DNA of 64,000 nucleotides, taken from Haplodiscus bocki (Eukaryota). The stretch spans positions 133,920,001 to 133,984,000 of the forward strand of contig OZ296650.1 of the NCBI GenBank assembly GCA_965655095.1, read 5' to 3'. Positions 46,054-60,088 of the stretch are shown here, one piece after another. The notes beneath the pieces were generated by a model. That model was not told where the DNA came from. It saw only the letters and a list, made by a program, of their open reading frames with translations, and made no database searches. A program made the translations under genes and the position numbers. Positions within the stretch are counted from its first letter, which is position 1. Each line of letters starts with the position of its first letter.

Positions 46054-46689
46054 TCAAAAAACTATGGGAAAAATATATTGCTGCTTATCCTCCAAATTGT
46101 CAATAAAACAAAAACCAAAAGTCAAAACACTAACTTTGTTTCGAAGATTATTGCGTCTATTCCGGCAGCGACGCAAGGTCAAGTCCTGCAAGCCATTGTT
46201 CAACAGCGCTCTAGATAGCATATGATTCTCTAGCACGCTATTCACGTGCAGATCTTTACTTTCATCTAGTAAAATTTTGTACCGTTTTGATAAAATCGAT
46301 TTCATTTTCAAGAAAATAATTCCTGTTGGACAATTTTCCAAGAGCTCGTTTAAATTATGTGCTCCTGATCGTGGCAAATAGGAAAAGGCCACGACATTGA
46401 ATTTTCTCAAGTAGGCCAGTTTACTGAAAAAAGCCTCAGGACTCATTGCCGGATTCTTCTTGCTTGACAAAGAGTTATTGACAGCATCATGCCAAATGAT
46501 AACCTTTCTTCCATTCGTGATGCAGAAATTCGATTCAAGGAGATAACATATGTTTTTTTCTGGCTGGCAGTTATTCAGCGAAGCACCCGAAATTGCATAA
46601 AATTGTGACTTGAAAGGATCAAAGAGGTGAGGTTTCTCCTGTGCTGCCCAATAAAGGGACGAGGCCGCCAAAACAAAATATTCAGACAT
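46054..46689 (-). CDS. SGNH-hydrolase-like protein (211 aa)
   Basis: Homolog of 30991-31644 with the motif blocks retained (KDLHVN). Confidence 0.65.
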   Translation of the reverse strand: MSEYFVLAASSLYWAAQEKPHLFDPFKSQFYAISGASLNNCQPEKNICYLLESNFCITNGRKVIIWHDAVNNSLSSKKNPAMSPEAFFSKLAYLRKFNVVAFSYLPRSGAHNLNELLENCPTGIIFLKMKSILSKRYKILLDESKDLHVNSVLENHMLSRALLNNGLQDLTLRRCRNRRNNLRNKVSVLTFGFCFIDNLEDKQQYIFPIVF

Positions 46690-48026
46690 AACAACCGGAA
46701 ACCGAAGGACAATGTATTATCAGAACAAATAAGCGAACAAATCATACTTTATTTTGTTTACTTAGCAATTGGAAAAACTTACGAAAACTCCAGAATCTCA
46801 TTTCGTTCATGTCATTTGCTTATTAGACAAAAGACTAAGTCAAACAAAAATTCACATCTGTCACACAGATACAGAGCCGTCAATACAATCATAAATCAGA
46901 ATTGTTCTTTGAAGAAAGGAAATTTTATGAAAAATACAAATTCCATATACCCGAAGAGTGAAAATTTCACCCAAGCAACTCGATATGCACGAAATAAGAG
47001 CCCCTCTTCTATCGCTGCCAAAAAGTACATAGTGGTGAAACACTTCAATTCACAAAAGTAACGATCATAAAAAGGATTCTCAAAAAATAATTGATAGATC
47101 GTTCAATGACTTGAAAGAACAAGTGTTTACAGCTTCCGTAACAAGAAATATGGAATGGGTTTGAAGGGTGCCGCGCTACAAATGAACGCCGCTCCTATCT
47201 TCTTCTGTTTAGAGGCCAGTTTGTAGAACATGGGTTGCTGGACAACCCACTTATATACGTTCATCTAGCAAACAACATTCTAATTCAGAACCCGCGTCGG
47301 TGGTTGCTGAGCAACCAGCAGAACAAAACATTAAACCTAAATTGCCTCCGTCAGGTATAAAACAATAAATCATTAAATGAGTCAGAATTAACATCTAAAA
47401 CAGCTCACAGTCAATGAGACAATCACAAAATATAAACAACAACATCACATCGTAGAAACCCCTTCATATTGTCTTCCAGTTAACATTTTTTCATTAATTT
47501 TGTGCACTGATTATCGAACAAGAAGTTAAATCCCTATAGCGTTTGAAATATTGGAGATAATCGCGCGAAAACATCAAAACAGCTCCTTCAGTGTAATTTT
47601 AGACACACGTCAAAACAAATTGTTGCGAAAAAGGATTGTATGAAACTTTCAATTAACGTGTCATAAAATTATGTACGTTATTCCATAAACTATCATAGCA
47701 TAAAAGTTCGATCACGAATCTAAACAAAGTTAATCTGTGAGTCCAACGAAAAGGTGATAAAAAATGAAAAGAAAATCCCTTTACAAATTATTGTTTTAAC
47801 AGTTACAACACGTCCTCTTTTTCAAAGGTTGGCTCAAAACTAACGACAAACAATGGCAAACATTCAAATCAATCAACATGATTGGCTACAAAAACATTTG
47901 CTGAAAAGTGGGTTTCGGACAAACCATTGTTCATGAATACTTTGAAATACAATCGGTTTTCTGGATGGCAATTTTACAAAAGTCCAAACCCTTGTAGACA
48001 ATTACATATCAACAATCAAATAAACA

Positions 48027-51000
48027 CTAAAAAATTTGCATGCAATCACATTGCAGGGCTGTTTCGATGCCCGTAACTTTATACGAATCCATCAGAACAT
48101 GGCATTCTGATAAGTAATCTGCAAGCGTTAGGTTCACATTCGAATAATTGTGATTAACCATTGCTCTTTGCCAATCCTGTTCGAAAGAATAACGGCTTCG
48201 CGAAACAGCGTTGGAAAACCCCGTCACGTAAGCAACTAAAGCCCAGGGTCTTCTTTCAACAGGCTTTGTGAATGCGCTCCCATTTCCCGAATTATGCTCC
48301 TGCAACCGTCGCCGCAACCTCCTACAGCTTCCAATGTAAAATAGTTCCCGGTGTTTAACACTCACCAACAAATAACAGTAACCAATTGCCGAAAGGGGTA
48401 CATCGAAAACACGTAAAGGAAAGGGATAAAATGTCTGGGTCGTTGAAACACCGGAATTACAACTGCCACGAGACGACAGAAAGTTATTTATCAAAGGTAC
48501 CAAATGGCTATCTTTGCGGCAAAGAAGATTAATTGCATCAAGTGTCCGCTGCTTGTCGCCAACAAACGTTATGTGGGAAAGATCAGCGACCCGACTAACG
48601 ACTACATAAAGCTGCTCTTTCAGCCAGTAGGAGAATTTTTTACCACCAACAATCTGTGTGGCCAAGCTTGGAACAGTGTCACCCATTATTTTGTGAACTG
48701 TTGACGCTACATACATTTTCAAAGGAAATTGAACACGTCTGCAAACAGTGGAATTGTTATACTTATGGAGAACGCCAATTCTTTTACGAACAACTACAAG
48801 CCTCCAGAAATTAACGTCCGGGTTGTTAGATGACACAGACCTTACTCCGGCTGGTGCAACTCTAACAACAATGTGAGGATCAATTTCATCGAACGATTCA
48901 ACTAAACACAATTGTCCCTGAAACAGTTTCAGCGATGGCAAATTGCAAGTTAAGCGCAATACACACCCAACATGTATAAACAAAGACTCCGGCTCAAGGC
49001 AACTTCTGTTGAGAAACTTGCTGACGGGTGTTGTTGCAGTAACCCAATTTTGAGTTCCTGTATTAGACATTTCATCCTTGCATTGGAAAGGCACACTCTG
49101 TATGTTTTGATGTGTTGTCACAATAGCTATTCTCTCTTCCACAGCCTCTTTTTCCGCAACTCTAGTACTGAACACTCTCAAACTATCCAGAGGGACTACA
49201 GACCAAGTGCTTACAAAATTACAGAATTTCTCAATTATTTCACAACACTCTTTAGCACATGCTTCTGTCACAGGATATTGAGACAGCAAGTCCAGAACTC
49301 TCTTTCCTTGTTGGTTCTGCATCCTCACATAGTGCTTCAAATACCGAACCTCGAAATTAGCTAACACCGAGTTGCTCAGCAAAAGGAATGTTCCCGTAGG
49401 AGGCGGAAGTTGACGAAAATCACCTGTGCAAATAACAATCTTTCCTCCAAAAGGAACATTGTTTTCAGACACGGCTTGCAACACATTGTCCATTGCGGAC
49501 CAAAGTTCAGCTGAAATCAATGAGACTTCCTCGACAAAAAAAACATCCAAACTCTCCAAAAAAGTAAATTTTACAGGATCACGAGCAAGACTGTTCAATG
49601 CATGCGAAACTAGATGACTCACCGTTTCATTTTGAACGACGGGAAAAGGGATTAAAGCGTTTATGTGTCTTCCGCCGAAAACTGAAGCTCTCTCCGCAGC
49701 GACACTAGTTATGACGCGTCTCAATCCCCTAGCTAAAGCCGCAATAACACAATGAATCAGCACATGGCTCTTTCCTGTACCTGGTGGACCAACTATGAAC
49801 TGATGTTTAATAAAGGCAGTCGTACAAGAACAATAATTGTCGTACAAAGAACAAACCTTATCCAAAATATTCTGTTGATCATGCAATGATTCGTCAGTCT
49901 GGTTGCGCGCTTTATGTATCTTCTGGCTCCAAGTCAAAGGACGTGCTAAGGTGGCGTTCATCAATTCTGCATAAGTTGGTAAACCAACATAACCCCCATT
50001 GACAATTGCACACAGAAGACTCTCTTTCTGCGCATTTAATTCGTCTGAAATGTTGCTGTCACTCTGCTCCACAATACTCTATTCTAAAACGCGCGGTGTT
50101 GAGCAGGGAAAAACGAATGAATTATTTTGTGCTGCTTGCTGGATGCACAAATACGCACTTGTAACAAATCGATCCAGTAAAGTAGATGATCCTGGATAAT
50201 AGCGTAATTGTTCAAGCACAAAGCGCCGAACAACATCAATAATTTCGGAATCTTCGCATCCCAAAGGAGACCTTGCTAAAGAAGCCTCGAAAAAAGCAGA
50301 TTTCATATTCGATTGGGAAAAAATGTCAAGTTCGGTTACGTATTCTCCAAGAGACAACAGAATGTGGGTCAAAAAATTGGTTGTGTTCCTCGGAACAACG
50401 TTCGATAAAACTACTTGAGTTTGACAAGCCTTTTTCTCATAAATGAACTTGTGACTTGAACTGCTCGTTGTACATGCAATGGCTTCACGACATTGCGTGG
50501 AGAAACGAGGGACCCCACTAGAAAAGTTGCGACAGTAGTTGAAAAAAGCTTCTTTGTACAAGTAATTAAGGTATATGCAATAGCCGAGGCCATCCACCCA
50601 ACAAGACTTAGTTACATTTTTCTTTAGTAAACTTTCTGGTGTCACCTTTAAGGGCTTTCGGAACCGGCTGAACCAAGTGAAATAGTTTTCCACTTTGAGC
50701 ACAAAAGTTAGTTCAGGGGGTCGTACACCAAAAACTGTTATCTTGTCAGGACAAAGAGAACTTTTTTCTGCATCAATTATCAGCAGCTTCTGATTTAACG
50801 TGAAGCAACGGTGAGGAGGAAAGCCCTTGCTGTGTCTAATGGAAATCTGTCGCCCGAAAAGAAGACCTTGATTGCTATTAGAGAGTCTGCCCTTCGGTTC
50901 AATGACTATTCCAGCCCGTTTCTCTCGCGGGGCAGTGACAACGTGAATGAATTGTATATTGGTCACCACGTAAGGAAATCGCAATGACCACCACACGGAT

Positions 51001-54000
51001 TCCGTTAAACTCAAAATGCGAGAGTTCACACACTTTTTCTTCGGCTTTCCCTCCTTGTTCATATTGGTCAAGTATGCCCCAGCAATTTTGTTGTTCACTT
51101 GTTGATCAACCTGGAAGTCATACAAATCTGTCCCACTTGACGTAGAAATAGAAACTTCGGTGCGTTCCTCCACGCCTGCAACATATTTTGACAGATAACG
51201 GCTACTCATGTAAATGTCGCAAATTTGTAGATTGGTGCTAGATCGGACGAGGGCAAAAATTTTGGCGTTTGTTGGGGAAATGTGCGTGTTAATTTCTGTT
51301 GGATAATGATGCTTGCCACCACAAAGACGCTGATCAATGGTGACGGAACAATCAAAGTCACTCGACTCAGCTAATCCGATCTTCTCCAAAACTGCTATCG
51401 TTTCCTCCGACAATTCCTTGTGAATACATTTGTAGGTAAAACTAGCACAAGGAGGGTATTTGGGTACTCGGCAGATTTTTTCTTTCAATCTGTCTGTTTT
51501 TTTCTGACAACGAAATTTAGCTTTAAAACAGCTGTGGGATTGGTAACGGTTGAACAGTTCTCGTAACTCGTTCAAATCGTCCAAACTATATTTGTGCGAA
51601 CCAACTTCAGTCAATAAGTTCCCCAGAAAAGTTGTTGCCGAGCAACAAACTCTAGACCTTACTGCTTCACTAAAGCGATCTTCTGCCGTCCAAATCAAAG
51701 CATGTACATGAGGGAACCCACTAGCTTCATCTTGAAACTCATATCGATACCAAATCTTAATAACCTTTCCCAGTGGCTGCTCGGGCGACGTTTCAATGTA
51801 CTTCATGACAAGACGAGAAGCTCGTTCCCAGGCTCTCAACATGGTGACCATTTCAGATTGAATTGCTGATTTTCGGTCCTCCTCTTTACATAAGTCTTTC
51901 GGAAACTTTGCGTCCAACGCACAAAAAATTTTCCTCAAGCCAGGATGCGTGGACTGCCCACAAGTGTAAGTGAAAAAATATGTAGCTGGTCGTTCTTTCA
52001 AAGCTGCTCCCAATTCATTGACATTCTTCCGAGAATCGCATTGATCAAAGAAAATGGCTCCTTCTCGCATGGCATGTACATTTTTTCTTTGCCGTGCCGC
52101 TTCACTCCAACCTCTGTTCAAAACTATTCTCGTGTCATTGACACGCAGCTGTAGGTTAAATATTGTGTCAAATACGTATTGGACGTAACGAGGATCTGTT
52201 GACGTCAGCAGAGATGAATCTTTCAAACGCGTCTGTAAATGTTGTTCTAGGCTTGCGAATCCGAGCAATTCGTTTTGTTTGTGATCATTATACAAGGGAG
52301 AAGGTATTGCACCCGAATAACTGCCGTCTGTATTTTGGTGCCAGAAGATGGACGGAAACAACATGGCTTCCGGCTGAAGCAAAGGGACAGAATTAGGGGG
52401 CGACGTTGCGGTGATATTCTCCAAAAATCTTTTGTGTCTAGCTGCAACATACAACGGAGACCCTTTACTCCTTTTCAGTAAGCCGCATTGACCATTCAAT
52501 AAAACATGTAGTGGGAGCTGAAAATCAGTACTGTCTATTCGGAAATCATGTTCCAAAACAACAGTTGAATCTCCAGCAGCAGTTGTAACAGGCAGCGAAA
52601 CATGCGATACCTCAGAATCTTCCTCTAAAAGCCCAGGGTTGGTAACAAATTCCGAGGACGCGACCGTGTTGGTAGGCGATCTGGACCAATTCTGTGAATC
52701 AACAGAAACACGGCTACAGCTACAATCATCTAACTGACTTGAACCGCACGCTGAATTTTTTGTGGACTCAACAAAGGTTCTTTTTTTACCATCATAAACA
52801 ACCTGCCTTTCCTGACCTTCATCTTTGGAATGCATTCTGCAAACACTTGCCAAACAACCAGACACTGGACAACGTAAAAAAGAACTTCTACCACATGAGC
52901 ATTTAAAACCACTGGAAGGAAAATCACGGGTGAGTAACAGAGAATGGTTCTTACAAAAGAATTTTCCTTGACCTGCCAGTGTTTCAAAATATTTTGACCG
53001 CAGCTCATCAATATCAGCAGACGTCTGTCGATAGTAAACGCAGATATTCCAATAATCATTAATAAAATGATCAACCGCTGTATCAGAAGGCAGCCTCACC
53101 TGTTCAGGGAAAACATTTTTGTTTTTGTACGCCCAAAAACTTTGAAAGACACCACCATGCCTCAAAAGGATGTTATTACGAGTCGCTAAACGTTCAGTAG
53201 CAATAAACTTCAACTCGAAAACGGACTGAGCAGTTTGAAAGTTCAGAGGAGCTTTGAATTTAGAACGCAAAGTATTTACTCCCGCGTATGAAAAAAGTAT
53301 GACATTTACACCATCAAATTCCCGAGTTTCCAAAAAGTGCAAAACATCTTGACGGCTTGCTACGTCTTCATGAATGACATCTTCACAAAATTGTGAGACA
53401 CCGAAACTGAGGCAACGAGATGGACTTTCCGGAAATCTTGTAAACAACTCCGACAGTTAATCACTCATAGAAGCATCGACGGTTTTCTTTTTGCAGCGAC
53501 TGAACCTCGGAAAAATTACAGGGTCCAAGAAATGCAGCAAAGGAAAGATCGCATTATCAACAGCAGCTGCATCAGATATAGATCGACACAGTTGGGGAGA
53601 GATGCAGAATAAAGTTTGCAACAACGACAAAAAGTATGTCTTGCAGCTCAAAATTTTTGGAGGAGAGGAACCAAACGAATTCGGAGGCTGAGCGAACGTC
53701 ACAGACTTGAATTTTGCGCACAAGCGTTGTCCGTCAGTCAATCCAGGAGAAGTGAATAAACGATAAGTATCCGTTATAGACACACTTGTTGATGCAGAAA
53801 TACAAGCAGCCGACTGTTCAATGTTGGGTTTACTTTGAATGCTTTGTCGGATTTCATCAGTTGTTTCGCCAGAGGACACTAAGTTATTCAAAAAATACTG
53901 AATATCGCTTCGGTAAAAACTGCATTGAGATTCCGCCTTCACTAATAAATCCGAAGTAATATCCCAACGGCGTTTAGAGCTCAAGCGAATGCTGCTAATG

Positions 54001-56363
54001 CCTGAATAATTACCGACAGCTTTCAACAACTGGAAAGTGTGGCTAGCGTAATTCGCTTTGGCATTCTTCAAAATACGCAAATTTGGAGCAACAAATGCTA
54101 ATCTGTCGTTGGTAGGAACACTCAGACGTCCTAGAGACGGGTGTGCAGGTGGGTGAAGATACTGCAGGTGAGAACCATTGTTATGCTGCACACAAGTTCC
54201 TATAACAAGGCCATATGCCTCGTTAACACTGACAAAGCCGGAAACATCAAACGCATCCAAAATTTTCATTGGTTTCAACCAATCGTGTCTTGCACCTCGC
54301 AAATGGTTCAAGTAATCAGAGCTGAACGATGTGAATGAAGGCAAAATCCCATTTACAAGGTGGTTGAAACCGATTTGACCTGTTTCTTCAACAAATGTGA
54401 AACAACCGAACGGACATCTACAATTTGGATAACATTCACTATCTAAGGCTTCCTCCAAATCAGTGAAATTGCCCGAACTTACTTTGTTCAGAAAAACTTC
54501 CTTCCGTTTTGTTATATCAACTAGAACAGCTCGATGACCCATTGAAACAGCAGGATGCAACTGATGACACATAGCCCAACTGTCTCGTATTTCGGGAGGT
54601 AAAAAAGAAACAAGTTTTTTCATAGTACAATCTCGAATGCTGAGATCTTTCAGTAACGAATGTATTACGGAAGGCCAAGCATACCGCCAACAATTTCCGT
54701 CGCCATTGTAATTGAAACAACTTTGGCAGACCAAACAGGTAGCAGTAGGTCGCAAACCGAATCTCCTTCGTTTGATTGCTCTTTTTTCGAGAGTTTGCCA
54801 TTGCAAAGGATAAGCAGGAGTTGAAATTCGACAACATTTACCGCAAATTTCTCTATTTTGTGCTTTGTCGGCTGGAAAAGTGGACGTGAAAACACAATAG
54901 TCACTCGAGGCATCCTCATGACGACACGCGTTATCTTTCTCTACAATAATTGTGGCTGTGTCATTGTGTGCGGATTGAGTGGATTGAATCGCCTGAGGCA
55001 GCGCAGTGAAGCAAACATTTGGGTTGAACGGATCACAATTGGAACCACTTTTTTCACAATCAGTTTCCACTACGCTTAAGGAATTGTTGCTGGGCAACAA
55101 AAAGTCGTTGTGCATACCGCCCAATCCAATAGAGAATGATGTGAGGCCTTCATCGCACAAATGGTGCAAAACCTTAAATTCAGAACATGCACCATGTTTT
55201 GACGAACAAGTGTTCATTTGGAATGATGTGGAAATCAGAGTTCTTCGTGGTGTCGTTTCTGTGAATGAACTCTGGAGGCAGCCATGAGGCAACAATTGCT
55301 GAGAAATTGGAATTTCTACTGCCAGCACTGCTACCGTTTCAAAATGGTTACCTGCGTGAGTATGTACCAAGAAGACAGATGGAACGTCCATTGAAGCACG
55401 ATCTCCAGCATAGCTATAAACTAACCACAACTTTGTCATGCAATGGTACACAAAAACATCAACCATCGCAATTTGGGCAAAACCATAGATCTCTACACAA
55501 GTGCCATACACACCATTTGATCGCATTCCGGAACGATTCAAATATTCGTTCACGTTTGAAGCTGTCTGTACCACAATATTTCCATCAACGGTTGTGTAAA
55601 TTTCAAAAAACTGCGGAGGAATATCTAGTGAAGGTAAGGCCGAACAAATACGCTGGCGTAATTTTGAATGATACCAAGCTTGTGAGCCAATTGACAACGC
55701 TAACGCCGAGAACAAACAATTACCGTCACTTGGAACAGGATGAGTTTGTGATGGAACCAAACTGTTCAAAGAATTGGCACCCAACAAATGTGTGTTCATT
55801 GGTTTCCCCACAAACGGTATTCCCAACTCAATGCAAACTCTCGTCAAATTAGCGATTGTGCAAGAAAAAGCTGTTGAATTCGGCACGTTCGAGAAAAGAC
55901 TCATGTTATTGAATGGCGCACACGACAGCGACCGATCAAAGTAGTCATCACCAACTGAGGCTTTTACCATGGATGATTGGAAACAAGAGCAGTCTTTGCT
56001 GCCATAAAAACGCCCACACGTTACGCATTTCCTGGGCTCTCTGCAGAATTTCTTTTTTTTTGGCGGGCCAGGGTTGGTTTCTATACCACTTCTCAACAGA
56101 AACAAAAGCAACATTCTGCGAGTCATGGAAACGTCACCAGAAGTGCCGATCCTCAGAAACTGCAACTGATCCTGAAGAAACACAGAAACATAAAATTCCC
56201 CAACGGTGACGTCTGAGCTGAAGACTTCACCAACATTGTTCACATAAACAAGTCCATCTTTTTCCAAAACTGTCGATAAAGAGGACCAAATCATCAACAA
56301 AGTTAAACAAAGTGAGTACACCATTTTCTGAAAATGAGATTCGTCAAGACTCTGCACACTCAT
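48027..56363 (-). pseudogene. Family B polyprotein copy 2, two in-frame stops
   Basis: ORFs 53457-56369, 50079-53447 and 48027-50072 are in one frame, with stops at 53457-53459 and 50079-50081. Confidence 0.9.
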
Positions 56364-57931
56364 CAACACTCAGTGGCGTCGCCTACATCTATGAAACTCA
56401 GTCAAAGATGAATTTGAAAAAGCCATTTGCGTTACACAAAGATATTCTATCGAAACGAACTTCAAATAGAGTTGGAGCATTTGAATTCAAAACATTTACT
56501 GTATTGAATAATTGAAGCTCAGCAGTTAATATATGAACTGTCTCTTGAGTGACTTTTCGTTTTTAAAGGCGAAGATACCACGCATGAGTGATTTGAGCAA
56601 GACTTTGAGTACTTGAAAAAATGATTAGTTAAATACGATTGAAATTCAAAACAGAATGAGGACTGTTGGTGTTGAACACCAAACAAAACAAACTGCTGAG
56701 TAAGTGTAGTCTCAATATAAACCATGTCGAATTCCAAAGTGATGCTTGTTGAACGCCAACCATAGACTGTCCAAAAAGTTGACAATTACAAAACACACTC
56801 CAACGTACAATGCACAAAAGAGGTTAAACTCTCGTAATGCAAACATGAAAAGTTCAAACACTGCTGTTTCCTACGAAGAAACATAAAAAAGAAAACGAAA
56901 GAACCTCATTTTTGCTCAGAACAATAAAACAACAAACCAACATTTCCTGGCAAACAATTGAAATTGAATGCAAAACTAATTGCATTTTTTTTTAATTTTC
57001 AAAATGCATGACACGTAATGGAAACATTTATTGCATTCCACAACCAAAAAACAGCCCCGATTCATGATTTAATTTATGTATGACATTATACTTGATGAGA
57101 GGAAAGGCAACATTAAAAAATGTAACTTACATAAGTAACGCCTAACTAGTTTAAATTTGAGTTTAGCTAAAAAAAACTGTGTCAAATGAAGCAAAACACG
57201 GTAAAAGTGTCAACAAGTACCTGTCTAGAAAAAGTGTAACCTTGTTAGGCGCATTTTACGCGCAAAACGATCATTTCCGGCAATTTTAGGCGCATTTTAC
57301 GCGCAAAGCGATCATTTCCAAAAAAAAAAATTTTTTTCACAAAAACATCCGTCATTTCCGTCATGTTCTTCACGTCATATCCGTCATTTTTTTTCGGCAT
57401 CTTGACCGAAAATTTCTGACTAACCAAAATCAATTGCCCGTTCAGTTTTGGCATCCTTAGCGAAGGCTAGCATACGAGAAAAAGTTGGTTTTGGCGATCA
57501 AAAATGACGGAATGACGCATTTTTTGCAAAAATCCAAAAATTCATCAGCGCCTATCTCCCGAACGAAAACGGCTGGGCCAAAAATTTTTGGCATGCAAAT
57601 TGTTTAAATCATTTGTGCCTCACACACAAATTTTGGGCTGATTGTATCGGGTCGATGTGGAACTAGAGCGATGAGAATTCAAAATCGGGGCAAAAAACAC
57701 GATCATTCCGTCATAACTCATCACGTTGTGAATGGAAAAAGTTTTTTCCCTCCTCCCCTTTCTTACCTCGTCATTTTATGACCGCATGCAAATTATGAAG
57801 AAATTCTATCGGGTAGGACCCGAGATCGGCTTCCCAGACCTACCATGCGGTATGATGAAAATTTATCGATTATTTTTTAACCTCGGCAGCGGGACCCTAC
57901 CCGGCCTCGGATTCTAAGAAGGTTACATCCC

Positions 57932-57949
57932 TGACCACCCAGTGGAGGC
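57932..57949. other. 18-bp junction core 7 (B2|B3)
   Basis: Exact TGACCACCCAGTGGAGGC. Confidence 0.95.
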
Positions 57950-59095
57950 AAAGGTACCGTTCGCTAGAGAGGCCCAGTGAATGTTGGATAGGTATCTGTG
58001 GACACCAACTGAAATGGAGTTTTGTCATAAAAGTAAAAAAAATTAACTCTCAATCTCAACAGAACAGAAGCTAAAACCGTTCAAGAAATGAACAACAATA
58101 GCCAAAACGGAAAAATAGATCCGACTTTATCAAAGAAAAACCCCTGAGTAAAAGAAATTTTTCCAACTCCTATTGAAAAAACCAGGTCCAAAAATAACAA
58201 TTAAATTTTGAGAAGAAACATAAAACTCAAAACAGCTGTTTATGAAAAATTTCAAAGCTCCTACACGTTTTCCCATTTATAAATGTTCCTAAAAGATCGA
58301 TATGTCTACATAGCAAAACGAGGCTCACACACTGCAAAATTCGCTCAACCTTCTTTACTGTCTTATTTTAAACGAGAATTTCATCTCCGTTTAATCACTG
58401 CGACATTTTGAACAAAGACAACATAGACTTCTGTGAGCGTACCACTGACTTGGGACATCGAAATGACTTCACGGCTCATGCAAACTATAAATCGTTGCTA
58501 TTCACAGTGAATCTCTTTTAGAACTTTGAACACTTTCAAAGTATTTTCATTTGTTCCTCCAACTTTATGAGTAAACTATTTGAACACGAGGCAAATCGCG
58601 AACCAAAAGTTCCTATCTAATTTGAGTACGTTAAATTTATCAATATCTTGACAAATTGGAGCAAATATATCTTCTAATACTAATGATAGCATCATTATTG
58701 AGAGGCCACTGACTTAAGAAAATTACTTCCAAAGTGCTTTAGTAACATTGAAAAGCGTAGTGAAAATTTCATAAAACCTTCAACGTGGATTAATGAAGTA
58801 AATCGAACTACTTTACAGAGAATAATGCAGGGTACTGCCATAACGAAACAAGATTTATTTAGGTGAGAGAAAAACAGTTGTTTGTTTCATTGTAAAGTTT
58901 GTGGAAAGAAGGTTTAAATGTAAAAGAGACCATGTAAAGTTGAGTTGCTAAGGCAACTGCGTTGAATTCATCGACGGCACTACAGAATAACAATAGATGT
59001 GAAACTTTCAAAAAGGAACATCCTTCTATATGTTCATTCTCATTCGACTTCAAAAAGCACATATCCGTAGGGGATTTTGAAAAATCCATAACAAA

Positions 59096-60088
59096 TCAAT
59101 CGTGCTGAACATTCGGGTTGGCATGCTGTAGTGGAGGTGGCCGATTGGGCGGTTGCCGAGCATTACCAATAGTGTACTTCAAGTTGTTCGGGATTACCGA
59201 AGCTGGCATAAGACGACAAATTCGCACATGATGAACAGCTTGAGTAATTGACTCATCACTGACACTGGATTTGCTGTAGCCAGATATTCTCCAACCACCA
59301 TTATCGTTGACATATGCTGTCACCCTAGTCATTGATTCACGCAACAGATTCAATTCAACCGAGCTAGCTGGCAATCGAAGAACGTCATTGCTGCAAAAGA
59401 ACGATGCCAACTGATGACTTTGGGTCATGTCTCCGCTCAGGGGATCGTCCGCTTCTTCTTCCACGTCCCTAGAAATGATGCGTGCGGCGACAGTCCACGA
59501 CGAAACTGAATTCTTGTGTAAGCAAGCGCACACCGTTTCATTTCTGAGAATACGACGGTCGCACATACTTCCAGAACACGTAGGTGATATAATGTTTCCA
59601 TGCAAAAACAACAAATTTCTACTGTTGAGAGTGTAATGGAACATTGCGGGCGTGCTCGGTAGGGAAATAATTGGAATTGGCGGAAAATCCTCATTGCTTA
59701 CGTTATTGATAACAACGATCGCCTGATGAGTTTCAATAATCGGATTACTTTTGTCATTCCCTAAACACGTGTTCGAATATATAGGCTCTGTAACCTCTAC
59801 AACAGAACCAACAGTCAGATGACGATCCGAAAACAGTTTAGCAGACTTCTGCGCGGAAACTGAGATGACGACAAAACAATCTTTACTATTCCATTGACCA
59901 ATAATAGCCATTCTGTCATATGTCCCTTCAGGAAGTGGTCGTTTCAATTTTGTAGCTTGAGGTCTAAACAACTGAAGTGGCCGATCACTTTTTTTCAGAA
60001 CCAAAACTATCCCCCTTATTACAGTGTTCTGGCTGTTGCGCAGGAAACCTTCGCCTGTAACTTCAGCAACAGTTACTTGTCTATTCAT
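59096..60088 (-). CDS. Accessory 330 aa protein, putative OB-fold/Zn
   Basis: Near-identical to the B1 copy. Confidence 0.85.
   Translation of the reverse strand: MNRQVTVAEVTGEGFLRNSQNTVIRGIVLVLKKSDRPLQLFRPQATKLKRPLPEGTYDRMAIIGQWNSKDCFVVISVSAQKSAKLFSDRHLTVGSVVEVTEPIYSNTCLGNDKSNPIIETHQAIVVINNVSNEDFPPIPIISLPSTPAMFHYTLNSRNLLFLHGNIISPTCSGSMCDRRILRNETVCACLHKNSVSSWTVAARIISRDVEEEADDPLSGDMTQSHQLASFFCSNDVLRLPASSVELNLLRESMTRVTAYVNDNGGWRISGYSKSSVSDESITQAVHHVRICRLMPASVIPNNLKYTIGNARQPPNRPPPLQHANPNVQHD

Larger units (their letters stand above)
42915..57949 (-). mobile_element. Helitron-like element, family B copy 2 (15035 bp), diverged subfamily
   Basis: Colinear with B1 at an offset of ~15.0 kb, with many substitutions. 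Confidence 0.92.

Noticed and set aside
194-56515. Numerous 60-220 aa ORFs overlapping the polyprotein genes (e.g. 40158-40811, 55265-55852, 5199-5654)
   Set aside because: Antisense or off-frame shadows with no motifs. They recur only because the DNA is repeated.
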